DNA from: Nitrososphaera sp. | GTDB taxonomy: Archaea > Thermoproteota > Nitrososphaeria > Nitrososphaerales > Nitrososphaeraceae | Direction: 5' to 3' | Assembly (NCBI RefSeq): GCF_036397675.1 | Contig: NZ_DASWIL010000038.1 | Coordinates: 21,849 to 85,848, forward strand | Length of the DNA: 64,000 nucleotides | Position numbers and translations under genes: made by a program | The notes under the pieces: model-generated | Seen by the model: only the letters and a program-made list of their open reading frames with translations | What the model was told of the DNA's origin: nothing | Database searches by the model: none | In this document: positions 17,559 through 27,017 of the stretch, one piece after another | How the letters are laid out: each line of letters starts with the position of its first letter | Numbering within the stretch: the first letter of the stretch is position 1

Positions 17559-18989
17559 TCAGCCCAAGTGCGCGATTGAGGAGTAAGAGCGCAGGGTAAG
17601 CTCGGGTTTGTTCTCTCTGCCCGCGCCCGCGGTCGCGCCGATGACCCGTATCCTGTCGCCGACGCTCAGCTTGCCCACCTGCGAGCTCTGGACGCGCCAC
17701 CCAACTAGGCGTATCTCGCCTGTGTCGTCTCCCAGAAGCGTCGATGACACCGGCACCATCTCGCCTGTCTTCGTGCTCACATCAGCGCTTTCGGGAGCCT
17801 GAAGCACTATTGCCTCGACTACCACCGGCGTTGGTTCGCTTGTTGCAACGATGTCCTTTATCTTGGTCTCGAATTTTTCGAGTTTGGGAAAAGACGGGTC
17901 ATCGTCGATTACGCGGACGTACGAGTCTTCCTTTGAAAGCGTAATTGCGTTCCCGAATACCCTCGACGGAATGCACTCGACCATCATGCCCGGCGAAAGC
18001 GTGCCGGAAGGTGCAAGCGAGCTGTCCACCGTCAGCGTCAATGACCGCCCGCCCCTGTCTACTGCAAGGCACACGAAACGGCCTCTGCCGGTCTCCTCGC
18101 CCACCGATATTATGCGGAGCGGCATCACTTCGACATCTTCCTGCGAGCCGGCAAACTCTAATATTGTCCCCTCGTCGCCGTGCAGCTCAAAGTCGCCGTT
18201 GCCATACTGCGGGTTGCCCTGCTTTACCCGCACGCCGATGAGGCGCACCCTTGTCCCCGTCCTGAAAACCTTTGGTATCCGCGTCTCGTCGACGTTCCAT
18301 ATCACGGCCCTGAGCGTCCGGGTGCCTGCCTCGCTTGACACCTGCATCTGGAGCGACTTGCTGGGTTCACCACGCTGGTTCACGAATTCGCTTATGCGAG
18401 GGTTTGCATTAACGAACCCCGAGATAACGGCGCTGTCCTGGGTATCCTTCACGTCGTCTATTGTGATCGTCATAGAGTCGATGCCGGGGATGTCCTTTTC
18501 GTCCTGCAGCACCTCGAGCGCACTGTAGCTTCCCAGGTTGATTATGGGCTTGCCGTCAAGCCCCGCCCTGACGTACCCTTTGATTATCTTTACAAGGTCG
18601 CCGGCCTGAAGACCCATCTCGTCCGGAGCGCCGACCTGCTTATCCCAAAGTTTCACGCGCACCTTTGCGTCCTTGTCAAACACGACTATTGTGCGGGTGG
18701 AAGACTGCTCGTTGCTGTCTTTTTTGGTAAAGTTGTGGACGGGGTAGATGTTCATTATCCTGCCCGTAACGGTGATTTCCTTGGCGCCCACGTACAGGTC
18801 CTTCAATCCAGACTGCGGCTTTGGCGCGCTGTCAAAGGATATGCCAAGGTCCGCGGCTACAAGGAATAGCGCGCCCTGGTCGGTCAAATAGCCGGCTCCC
18901 ACCTTGCGTTTTTTCTCGTCCACTAGGTCGCGGACCTGTTCGGCAGTAAGGTCGGGCTTTTTCTTCAGCAGCACGTTGACCATGTCCAT
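17559..18989 (-). CDS. replication protein A-like ssDNA-binding protein with about four OB folds
   Basis: Has repeated OB-like modules, for example ITVTGRIMNIY...VVFDKDAKVRVKLWDKQ and LLGDDTGEIRLVGWRVQ. I moved the start to ATG 18989 (MDMVNVLL...) to avoid overlap with the divergent ABC gene. Confidence 0.7.
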   Translation of the reverse strand: MDMVNVLLKKKPDLTAEQVRDLVDEKKRKVGAGYLTDQGALFLVAADLGISFDSAPKPQSGLKDLYVGAKEITVTGRIMNIYPVHNFTKKDSNEQSSTRTIVVFDKDAKVRVKLWDKQVGAPDEMGLQAGDLVKIIKGYVRAGLDGKPIINLGSYSALEVLQDEKDIPGIDSMTITIDDVKDTQDSAVISGFVNANPRISEFVNQRGEPSKSLQMQVSSEAGTRTLRAVIWNVDETRIPKVFRTGTRVRLIGVRVKQGNPQYGNGDFELHGDEGTILEFAGSQEDVEVMPLRIISVGEETGRGRFVCLAVDRGGRSLTLTVDSSLAPSGTLSPGMMVECIPSRVFGNAITLSKEDSYVRVIDDDPSFPKLEKFETKIKDIVATSEPTPVVVEAIVLQAPESADVSTKTGEMVPVSSTLLGDDTGEIRLVGWRVQSSQVGKLSVGDRIRVIGATAGAGRENKPELTLRSYSSIAHLG

Positions 18990-19086
18990 AAAGCTGAGCG
19001 ACAAGTGCAGTCCCCTAATCTCAATGAGAGAACTTGCTAATATATCTTGAGAGCGAATATTAGCCGGCTTTGACACCGTAACAAAG

Positions 19087-20025
19087 GTGGAGACTTGCAT
19101 CATCGTTTCTGACCTGCACATGAACTACGGGCATGTGGCCGCAGTCGATGGCGTGTCGTTTGACGTGGACTACGGCAAGGTCTTTGGATTTCTGGGCCCA
19201 AACGGCGCCGGCAAGACTACGACCATCAAAGTATTGACGACGCTCGTGCATCCAACATCTGGCAACGTCAGCATATTTGGCAAGGACGTCGTAAAGAATG
19301 CAAGGGAGATAAAGAAGCGCATTGGAGTCGTCCTGCAGGAGCCGAGTTTTGAGGGCAACCTGACGGTAGAGAAGGCGCTTGACCTGTACGGCATAATGTG
19401 GGGAGTTGCAGGCGAGCGCAGGCGCGACAGGGCGCGGGAGCTTTTCGACAGGTTTGACCTTGCGGAACTTAGAAGTAAGAAGAACGACGAACTCTCGATA
19501 GGGCAGAGGAGGCGCGTGCAGGTCGCCCGAGAGTTCATGCACGACATGGATCTGCTATTCCTAGACGAGCCGACGGTAGGACTTGACCCTGCCGCAAGGA
19601 GGACCCTGCTTGATTACGTGAAAAAGCACGTGCACGGCGGCCTTACGGTGTTTTTCACGACGCATATCATGGAAGAGGTGGAATACCTGTGCGACGAGAT
19701 GGCAATCATCAACAAGGGCAAGATAATGGCCATCGACACCCCGGCAGGGCTGAAGCAAAAGTACGGCGGCGTGAAAGCAGTCGAGATAAAGCTGCGTGGG
19801 GCAAAGGCGAAGTCAGTGATGGAAATAGTAAAGCCGCTTGCTGAAGGCTCTGCCATCGAAATCCCGGCAGAAGACACGATAAGGGTAAGCTCAGCGGAGG
19901 CCCAGGACATGCTGGTGAAGATGATACAGGCGCTTGCGAAAAACTCGGTCCAGATAGAGAGCGTGTCTGTCAACTCGCCCACCCTTGAGGAAGTTTTCCT
20001 GACGGTCGTTAACGGCGGAAGTTAG
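19087..20025 (+). CDS. ABC transporter ATP-binding protein (ABC-2 / DrrA-like)
   Basis: Has Walker A (GPNGAGKTTT), an LSIGQRRRV signature variant and Walker B (LLFLDEPTVGLD). Confidence 0.9.
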   Translation: METCIIVSDLHMNYGHVAAVDGVSFDVDYGKVFGFLGPNGAGKTTTIKVLTTLVHPTSGNVSIFGKDVVKNAREIKKRIGVVLQEPSFEGNLTVEKALDLYGIMWGVAGERRRDRARELFDRFDLAELRSKKNDELSIGQRRRVQVAREFMHDMDLLFLDEPTVGLDPAARRTLLDYVKKHVHGGLTVFFTTHIMEEVEYLCDEMAIINKGKIMAIDTPAGLKQKYGGVKAVEIKLRGAKAKSVMEIVKPLAEGSAIEIPAEDTIRVSSAEAQDMLVKMIQALAKNSVQIESVSVNSPTLEEVFLTVVNGGS

Positions 20026-20789
20026 ATCCTCATGCGCAAAAGCGAGAACGTCGCAAGCATGAAAGTCCCGGCCGTAAGGGCGGTTATCACCCCTACCTCG
20101 ACGTTTGTAAAGAACGTTATCTGGTTGAATATGCCGGCGCGTGTAATGTCGACAATGTAAGTCAGCGGGTTTGCGTAAAACGCCGCGCCAAGGGGCCCCG
20201 GCACACCTTCTGCAGGGTAGAATGCAGAACTGACAAACGAAAAGAATAGGAATACGCTGTTCACGATGACGTTAAAGCCCTCGCTGCTCTTCAATCGTGT
20301 AGATATGATGACTGCGATGGAGCCAAAGAATATCGCGCCGACTATCAAGGCGTACAGAACGTAAAGCGAGCCTATTATCGTCGGCTGTGCATTGCCCACC
20401 AAGGTGGGCGAGCCGGCGAGCAGTATGAGGCCGGCGCTTGCAAGCCCCATCAGCATTACCGTGAGGATGTTGCCGATGATGTACTCCATTCTTGCGAAAG
20501 GCATCACGAGTATCTGCCTGAGCATGCCGTTCTTCTTGTCGTTCCAGATGATGCTCCCGGCGGCGGTGCTCGAGTTCATCATGTTAAAGCCTATCATGCC
20601 GGCTGCAAGGTACGCGGGATACGAAACTGCGGCAGTGCCTATCGTGACACCTCCCTCGCCTATCAGCGCCGAATACGCATAGCCGGCGACAAAGATGTAG
20701 ATTATCGGGAAGACAATCTGCCATATCAGGAACACCTTGTCGATGGACGCTACAAGGTTCCTGTAAAGCAGCATCGTAACGGCGTTCAA
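20022..20789 (-). CDS. ABC-2 type transporter permease
   Basis: About six TM helices with an ABC-2 membrane-protein layout. It is convergent with the ATPase gene, and the two stop codons overlap (20022-20025). Confidence 0.8.
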   Translation of the reverse strand: MNAVTMLLYRNLVASIDKVFLIWQIVFPIIYIFVAGYAYSALIGEGGVTIGTAAVSYPAYLAAGMIGFNMMNSSTAAGSIIWNDKKNGMLRQILVMPFARMEYIIGNILTVMLMGLASAGLILLAGSPTLVGNAQPTIIGSLYVLYALIVGAIFFGSIAVIISTRLKSSEGFNVIVNSVFLFFSFVSSAFYPAEGVPGPLGAAFYANPLTYIVDITRAGIFNQITFFTNVEVGVITALTAGTFMLATFSLLRMRI

Positions 20790-20813
20790 GTACGCTGGCA
20801 GATGACCAGTTTT

Positions 20814-20868
20814 GGTATATTAACCATCATCGCACGTTAACCATCATCGCACGTGCACGATTTAAATA
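20814..20868. promoter_or_regulatory. divergent promoter region: minus-strand TTAATATA box (20814-20823), perfect 17-bp tandem duplication (taaccatcatcgcacgt x2, 20821-20854), plus-strand TTTAAATA box (20861-20868)
   Basis: Read directly. Each TATA-like box sits about 25-30 nt from its start codon (20789 on the minus strand, 20893 on the plus strand). The repeats fill the space between them. Confidence 0.55.
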
Positions 20869-20892
20869 ACTAGCAAGCGGCAAACTGTCATC

Positions 20893-21600
20893 ATGATGGC
20901 AGAAGACATGGCCGAGAAAAAGTTGCGCGGCTCAGGCGGTTTTGCTATTGCGAGGGTTACAGACGACGAGCAAAAGATGGCTAACCTGGGCGGGCCTGAA
21001 CTCTTCCTTGCCGGCATTGGCAGGCTCGACGAGGACAGGTTCACCAAGTATTTCTGCAACAGGTGCGAAAAAGAGTTCGAAGGGGCGCCTGGGCTCAAGT
21101 TCGAGAATCCGAACGAAGACCTGGGTGAGGGGGTTACTCTTGTCGAAAAGGGCGAATACAAGTGTAAGGCCTGCAGTGCGACGATAGCGCAGTACCGCAA
21201 GTTTGACGCGCCGGCGCAGGAGCAAAAGCAGGCTCCGGCAAAAGCCGAGCCCAGACCCGCAGCAGAAAAGCAGACAGACGCGCCCGCGGCAACTACTGAC
21301 GACGGCTTTGTAGCAATTGATCAGTTGATTGGAATGGCTGCATACGACAGCGACGCGATGCTTGTAGGCAAGGTGCAAAAAGTGGGGTTGCATAGATCCG
21401 GCGGGAGCGCCCAGATATCGGTCAGGATAGCCTCCGACTCGGGCCACAAGGAAGTCGATTGGAACGGCATCTCCAAGATAGGCGACATCATACTCCTGAG
21501 TTCTACAGGCAAGACAGCAGCTGCCAGGTGCGCGTCCTGCGGCCACCAGAACGAAGCAGAGGCGCTGTTCTGCGAAGAATGCGGTAGCAAGCTGCACTAG
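20893..21600 (+). CDS. zinc-ribbon / PRC-barrel domain protein
   Basis: Has an N-terminal CxxC...CxxC (FCNRCEKEF...YKCKACS), a low-complexity A/P/Q linker, a PRC-barrel-like segment (LIGMAAYDSDAMLVGKVQKVGL) and a C-terminal CxxC...CxxC (RCASCGH...FCEECGSKL). Confidence 0.6.
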   Translation: MMAEDMAEKKLRGSGGFAIARVTDDEQKMANLGGPELFLAGIGRLDEDRFTKYFCNRCEKEFEGAPGLKFENPNEDLGEGVTLVEKGEYKCKACSATIAQYRKFDAPAQEQKQAPAKAEPRPAAEKQTDAPAATTDDGFVAIDQLIGMAAYDSDAMLVGKVQKVGLHRSGGSAQISVRIASDSGHKEVDWNGISKIGDIILLSSTGKTAAARCASCGHQNEAEALFCEECGSKLH

Positions 21601-23699
21601 TTCAGGATTATCCTGGCGTCGACCACCCTGGCGCCCTTGCCTTCTTCAAGCACAAGGAGCGGGTTGATGTCAAACTCCTTTATCTCCGGAAAGTCCACGA
21701 CCAGTTGCGACAGGCGCTGCAGCGAGTCCGCTATCGCTTTCAGGTCGGACGGCTTTTCGCCCCTGACGCCTTTTAGCAGTTTTATGGTCTTTATCGACTC
21801 GACCATCTTGGCGGCTTCCCGCTCGTCTATGGGGGCTACGCGGAACACCACGTCCTTGAGAACTTCGACATAGATGCCCCCAAGCCCGAACATTATAACG
21901 GGCCCAAAGGTAGGGTCCTGGCTTGCGCCAAGTATCGTCTCTTTTGCGGACTTGACCATCTCTTGGACAAGCACGCCCTTTATCTTGGCGTCGGCCTTGT
22001 ACTTTTTCGCGCTCTCTATTATTGCCCGAAACGCCGCTTTCAGTTCGTCATCGCCCTTTATCCCCACGCGCACGCCGCCGGCGTCAGATTTGTGGATGAT
22101 GTCCGCCGATGCTATCTTCAGGACCACAGGATATCCGATTTCATTTGCCGCCTTGACGCACTCTTCCTCCGTTACGCCAAGAATGCTCTTTGGAGTGGGA
22201 AAGCCGTACGCCTTCAGGACTTCATAGCCCTCTTCTTCAAGCAGGTTGTTTCTGCCCTGCTTTTTCACTCCTTCAAATATCAACCTGACCTTTGCAGCGT
22301 CCTTTGAGAACTGGAGCGTTCCGGCCCTTGTCCTTGCGCCTTCAACCCACGCCTTGAACTCGTACATGGCCTTTAACGTCCTTATTGCAGGCTCTGAATA
22401 AAGGTAATAAGGCACGCCGCCTTCGGACATTATGGCTCTGTTCTCCACGCCTTCGGCAAGGCCCATGAGCGACGCAAGCAAGGTCTTGTTCGGGAACTGC
22501 GTAGACATTTTCACGAGCACGTGCGCAAGGTCGTCGTAGTTCAAAGTCGCCGACGGAGTGCACATCGTGACGACAGAGCCGACGGCAGGGTGCGCAAGCA
22601 CCTGCACCAGGACCTGCTCGAACCTGTTAAAGTCGGCGTCGCCGACGATGTCCACGGGGTTTCTCGGCGAGCCGTATGCTGGTATCACCTTTGCTATCGA
22701 GTCGCGTATCGACGAGATGTCGGCCATCTTTAACCCGTACTTTGAGCAGGCATCAGTCGAGATGATGGCAGGCCCGCCGGCGTTTGACACTATCACCACG
22801 CCGCCTTCAGGCAGCGGCTGCTTTGAAAATGCTGTGGCAAGGTCAAAAAGCTCGCCCATAGTGTCCACCCTGATGACTCCGCACTGCGCAAACGCGGCCT
22901 CATAGTTTGCATCAGAGCCACCAAGTGCCCCCGTGTGCGAGGCCGCTGCCCTGGCCCCTTCTACACTCCTGCCCGCTTTCAAAACGATGACCGGCTTGCG
23001 CTTTTCCGTCGTTATGCGCTTTGCTACGTCCATGAAGCGCCGCGCGTTGCGAATGTCTTCAAGGTACATGACGATTACCCGCGTGTCATCGTCCTCGGCA
23101 AGGAGCTCGAGCACGTCGCTTTCGTCCATGTCCACCTTATTGCCCATGCTGATGACCTTCGAAAAGCCGATGTTCTGAGCTTCTGCATCCTCCACAGTGG
23201 CCGCACAGATGGCGCCGCTCTGAGATACGAGCGCGACGTTGCCGTACTTGGGCGTTATCTTTAGAAACGTCGAGTTCATGATGTTTTCTTTTGAAAAGCT
23301 CATGATGCCAAGGCAGTTTGGGCCGATGACCCTGATGCCGTATTTTTTGGAAATCTCGCCGACCTCCTTTTCCAGCCTGGCGCCTGCTTCGTCCACCTCC
23401 TTAAAGCCCGCAGATACGATGATAGCTCCCTTGATGCCCTTCTTGCCAACCTCTTCCATGACTGCTGGCGTGAACCTGCTTGGCGCGGCGACTACTGCGA
23501 GGTCGATGCTTTCCGGCACGTCAAGCACGCTCTTGAAAGCCTGAAGCCCGCCCACCGAGGGGTTTGACGGGGTGATGGGGAATATCTTGCCCTTGAAGTG
23601 CTTGGCGATGTTGCTGAAGATGGTCTTGCCTATGCCGGGCTTTTCAGAAGCCCCGATGACTGCTATGGACCTGGGCGAAAAGAAGATCGAGTTGGACAT
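21597..23699 (-). CDS. ADP-forming acyl-CoA synthetase (fused alpha/beta; acetate--CoA ligase [ADP-forming] family)
   Basis: Has an N-terminal CoA-binding/succinyl-CoA-synthetase-like part (SIAVIGASEKPG, GPNCLGI, SQSGA) and a C-terminal ATP-grasp part (GYPVVLKIAS...HKSDAGGV). Length is 700 aa. Confidence 0.9.
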   Translation of the reverse strand: MSNSIFFSPRSIAVIGASEKPGIGKTIFSNIAKHFKGKIFPITPSNPSVGGLQAFKSVLDVPESIDLAVVAAPSRFTPAVMEEVGKKGIKGAIIVSAGFKEVDEAGARLEKEVGEISKKYGIRVIGPNCLGIMSFSKENIMNSTFLKITPKYGNVALVSQSGAICAATVEDAEAQNIGFSKVISMGNKVDMDESDVLELLAEDDDTRVIVMYLEDIRNARRFMDVAKRITTEKRKPVIVLKAGRSVEGARAAASHTGALGGSDANYEAAFAQCGVIRVDTMGELFDLATAFSKQPLPEGGVVIVSNAGGPAIISTDACSKYGLKMADISSIRDSIAKVIPAYGSPRNPVDIVGDADFNRFEQVLVQVLAHPAVGSVVTMCTPSATLNYDDLAHVLVKMSTQFPNKTLLASLMGLAEGVENRAIMSEGGVPYYLYSEPAIRTLKAMYEFKAWVEGARTRAGTLQFSKDAAKVRLIFEGVKKQGRNNLLEEEGYEVLKAYGFPTPKSILGVTEEECVKAANEIGYPVVLKIASADIIHKSDAGGVRVGIKGDDELKAAFRAIIESAKKYKADAKIKGVLVQEMVKSAKETILGASQDPTFGPVIMFGLGGIYVEVLKDVVFRVAPIDEREAAKMVESIKTIKLLKGVRGEKPSDLKAIADSLQRLSQLVVDFPEIKEFDINPLLVLEEGKGARVVDARIILN

Positions 23700-23867
23700 G
23701 AGAATGAAAAAAGCTTGGGTGTTTATAAATAGCTCATTGCCTGAGACAGGAGACTCGTTGCCGGTGCAACTGCGAGATGATCTATTATGCCCCGGACAGT
23801 TCAGTGAATGATACCAGAAGTGGTTGCATAATGGCTAAATAACATCATTGTGTAGTGCATCAGAGCC

Positions 23868-24080
23868 ATGATCGAGCTCGCAATTTTTGCTGTACTGTTA
23901 TTCTTGGTCGCGATGGTCGATATTCTGCCATTTGAAGGGTCAACACTCACTCTATTGATAATAGCGGCGATAGCTATCGTCGCGCTCGCTATCTTCCGAT
24001 TCCTAATACCGCTCATAATAGCGGTCGTGATAGCTGTTGTGTTGATGATCCTGCTATTTGGCGGAATACCTGTTCCCTAA
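23868..24080 (+). CDS. hypothetical small membrane protein (70 aa)
   Basis: ORF track. Two or three very hydrophobic helices. Confidence 0.4.
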   Translation: MIELAIFAVLLFLVAMVDILPFEGSTLTLLIIAAIAIVALAIFRFLIPLIIAVVIAVVLMILLFGGIPVP

Positions 24081-24146
24081 CGCATCCTTCACAAAAGTAC
24101 ATCGGCTTGGGATGAATTCTTATTGGCCCGCGTGCAGACGTATGCT

Positions 24147-24302
24147 ATGTCGGGCATACTTTTCCTCGTCGTGATACCGGCGGTGCTTGCGTTCATCTTT
24201 GCGGTGTTCGTGGCGTACTATGCGTTTGCCGACGTGGAGGAACGCCTTGATTATTACTACGGCTTCCCCGACCGTGTAAGGCTAGGCGTGCCCGGAGGTT
24301 GA
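24147..24302 (+). CDS. hypothetical small membrane protein (51 aa)
   Basis: My own translation gives MSGILFLVVIPAVLAFIFAVFVAYYAFADVEERLDYYYGFPDRVRLGVPGG. It is below the track cutoff. Confidence 0.25.
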   Translation: MSGILFLVVIPAVLAFIFAVFVAYYAFADVEERLDYYYGFPDRVRLGVPGG

Positions 24303-24342
24303 AAGCAACCTTTATTTCCGCTAGCCAAAGTGTTACCGGCTG

Positions 24343-25692
24343 TTGATAGACTCCCTCGTCGACGCCGGAATGGATAACCTAGTATCAGACCTGCAGACAT
24401 TGATCAGGCAGCCAAGCGTCTCTGCGAAGAAAACAGGGCTGGTCGAGTGCGCAAACCTGGTGGCCTCGATGATGCAGAGGTCCGGTATCAATTCAGGAGT
24501 TTTGTATCTTGACGACCAGAGCATACCACCAATCGTGTACGGCGAGGTGAGGTCAAAGGTAAACCCGAGCAGGACGCTTTTGTTTTACAACCACTATGAC
24601 GTGCAGCCGGAAGACCCTGTCGAGCTGTGGGATGACGACCCGTTCTCCGGCAAGGTCGAAAACAACAAGGTCTATGGTCGGGGCTCAGCAGACGACAAGG
24701 GCGAGCTGATAACCAGGATAAAGGCAGTAGAGTATTGCCTGAAGGCGACAGGCGACGTGCCGTGCAACGTCAAGTTCATGGTCGAAGGCGAGGAGGAGAT
24801 CGGGAGTATCCACGTCGAGCAGTACCTTGAAAAGTACAAAGAGAAGCTTGCGTGCGACGGCGTCATATGGGAGTTTGGCTACATCGACGCAAAGGAGAGG
24901 CCGGTGATATCCTTGGGGATGAAGGGCCTGCTCTACGTCGAATTATTGGCTGCTGGCCCTGTGAGGGACGCCCATTCGAGCCTTGCGGTCCTAATCGAAA
25001 ACCCGGCGTGGCGCCTCGTCCAGGCGCTTGCCACGATGCGTGACAGTAAAGGCAGGGTGTTGATAAAGGATTGGTACAAGGAAGCCAGGCCGTTTGCAAA
25101 GCAGGAGCTTGCGGCTATTGCAAGGGAGCCCTTTGACGTGCAGGAGTTCAAGCAGGAGTACGGCGTCAAGAGGTTCGTGAACAACGCCACTGGAACCGAC
25201 GTGAAGAAGGCCCTTGTAGGCATGCCTACTTGCAATATCGCCGGCTTTGACTCTGGCTACATCGGCGAAGGCGCAAAGACTGTGCTGCCAGCAAAGGCGA
25301 GGGTCAAGATAGACTTTCGCCTGGTCCCGGGCATGGTGCCAGAAAAACAACTGGCGCGCCTGAAAAAACACCTGAAAGACAGGGGCTTTTCTGACATTGA
25401 GGTGAAATTCATCCATGGTGAGGAGGCCGCAAGGACGCCGCTTTCGGACCCGTTCGTAAAAGTAGTCGAGGAAGCGGCAAAAGAATCCTTCGGCAACTAT
25501 GTTTTGAGCGTGTCTGCGGCAGGCACGGGCCCCATGTACTCTTTTGTCAAGGTGCTGCAGGCGCCTTGCATCTCCATCGGCAGCACGTACCTGTTTGCCA
25601 GGATTCATTCGCCAAACGAGTTTGCCCGCATTGAATTCCTGAACAGGTGCACCAAGTGCATGGCAAGAATACTAGAGAAGTTTGCTGCATAG
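24343..25692 (+). CDS. M20 family metallopeptidase (ArgE/DapE/CPG2-like)
   Basis: Has the blocks NHYDVQP, GRGSADDKG and MVEGEEEIGS. Start is TTG 24343 or ATG 24370. Confidence 0.85.
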   Translation: MIDSLVDAGMDNLVSDLQTLIRQPSVSAKKTGLVECANLVASMMQRSGINSGVLYLDDQSIPPIVYGEVRSKVNPSRTLLFYNHYDVQPEDPVELWDDDPFSGKVENNKVYGRGSADDKGELITRIKAVEYCLKATGDVPCNVKFMVEGEEEIGSIHVEQYLEKYKEKLACDGVIWEFGYIDAKERPVISLGMKGLLYVELLAAGPVRDAHSSLAVLIENPAWRLVQALATMRDSKGRVLIKDWYKEARPFAKQELAAIAREPFDVQEFKQEYGVKRFVNNATGTDVKKALVGMPTCNIAGFDSGYIGEGAKTVLPAKARVKIDFRLVPGMVPEKQLARLKKHLKDRGFSDIEVKFIHGEEAARTPLSDPFVKVVEEAAKESFGNYVLSVSAAGTGPMYSFVKVLQAPCISIGSTYLFARIHSPNEFARIEFLNRCTKCMARILEKFAA

Positions 25693-26266
25693 GCCACTTA
25701 CCTACACTAGATTAATAACGGATGACCGCAAATATCGGCCATTGAAACGCGGCTATTACATCCTGATAGCGGGTGCCGTGATTTTTGCACTAGGCATCGC
25801 GCTTACATTAGTTTGGGCACTTCCCATAGCTGAGCAGCTACAGAGGGACACCAGGATCCTTCAAGGTTTTCCGCTTGTGACCGGCCAGTCGACCACTATT
25901 CAGTTTGAAGTCACCGACACGGCAAAGCCGCTGTCAATTGTCATTTCAGCAGGTAACCCCATCGCCATGAGCGCGGTGTTAGTCGACCCGGACGGCAGGG
26001 AGATCATGAATAGAGAGTTCAATGAGACATTTGCCGAGGGCGCCAGGCCCGCCGCCACCGGCACCTATGAGCTTACCATAACAAACGAGAGCAGCACTGA
26101 CACGACGGTCGACGTCGTGTTTGGCCACATACCAGGTGTGGGCGAGGACACGGTTGACGTAGGCGCATTTAGTGGCGTAATCACCGGCGCGTCAATAATC
26201 ATAATAGGCGTTATGGCTATGGTCGGGGGCATAGTCGTAACAGTGCTAGACAGGCACAAAAAATAG
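25682..26266 (+). CDS. hypothetical bitopic membrane protein (N- and C-terminal TM helices flanking a beta-rich ectodomain)
   Basis: ORF track. Shares its architecture and a core block (VLVDPDGREIMNREFNETF...GTYELTITNES) with the ORF at 53038-53625. Confidence 0.6.
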   Translation: MLHRPLTYTRLITDDRKYRPLKRGYYILIAGAVIFALGIALTLVWALPIAEQLQRDTRILQGFPLVTGQSTTIQFEVTDTAKPLSIVISAGNPIAMSAVLVDPDGREIMNREFNETFAEGARPAATGTYELTITNESSTDTTVDVVFGHIPGVGEDTVDVGAFSGVITGASIIIIGVMAMVGGIVVTVLDRHKK

Positions 26267-26452
26267 CTACGTGTCAAGCCCGAGCACGCCGGCGTTGCCC
26301 CAGTTTTCCTTTGAAACTTCGTAGATGAGTATCCTGACGGCGTCCTCCTTTGTCACAAGTATGCGCGCAGATTCCCTTGTCAGGACCTTCACCAGCTCGC
26401 GTTTTTGTTCGACTGTCCTGCCCTGGCTCATCGTCACCTGTATGACTGGCAT
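26267..26452 (-). CDS. 4-oxalocrotonate tautomerase family protein
   Basis: 61 aa. Has MPVIQVTM (catalytic Pro1 after Met removal) and GRTVEQKRELVKVLT, typical of the family. Confidence 0.85.
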   Translation of the reverse strand: MPVIQVTMSQGRTVEQKRELVKVLTRESARILVTKEDAVRILIYEVSKENWGNAGVLGLDT

Positions 26453-26478
26453 GCACTGTTATGCAAAAGGCAGGTATT

Positions 26479-26916
26479 TCAGGCAAGCTCTTTCATTTTT
26501 TCCTCGGCTGGCACGGCTGTTGCCCACACCGTCTCAAAGATATCCTGTTGGTGCGACACGACTTCTGGAACGTTGCTGTAGACAAGTTTCTCAAGTGAAC
26601 CCTGCCCACGGATGCCGGCCACAAACTCGCCTTCGCTCACCGCGAAACTGCCCCGCACGCCGCCAAGGTGGCGCAGCTCGGCATACTGCATCAGCTCTTT
26701 GCAGTGCCGCATGTTGCCGGTGGTTATCTCCGTGATATGCCGTATCTTGACGCCACGCTTTTTCGCGTCGGCGTAGCCCTTCTTTACGGCGTCGCTCATC
26801 GAAAACGCGGGAATGGACGAGTCAACGCAGGCGCACCAGCTGTTCCTTATGTTTGACTGGAATATCGCTATCTTGGCGGTTATTCCGTCGCCGGAAATGA
26901 TCAGGGTCTCGGTCAC
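26479..26916 (-). CDS. hypothetical protein (145 aa)
   Basis: ORF track with coding-like composition. It has a faint resemblance to the C-terminal domains of TrmB-type regulators, which I cannot substantiate. Confidence 0.5.
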   Translation of the reverse strand: MTETLIISGDGITAKIAIFQSNIRNSWCACVDSSIPAFSMSDAVKKGYADAKKRGVKIRHITEITTGNMRHCKELMQYAELRHLGGVRGSFAVSEGEFVAGIRGQGSLEKLVYSNVPEVVSHQQDIFETVWATAVPAEEKMKELA

Positions 26917-27017
26917 AAGTGCGCGACGGCTATTTCCGATGTAAACCTACCGATCAGCTGCTGAAAATGCCCTCTCAATATAAAATACTATATAGGGTTC
27001 CTGCATTATCATAACCG

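Noticed and set aside
9847-20854. The tandem repeats (14-mer x2 at 9847, 17-mer x2 at 20821) as a possible miniature CRISPR or satellite array.
   Set aside because: There are only two contiguous copies each, with no spacers and no cas genes in the window. Their position on core promoters fits regulatory sites better.
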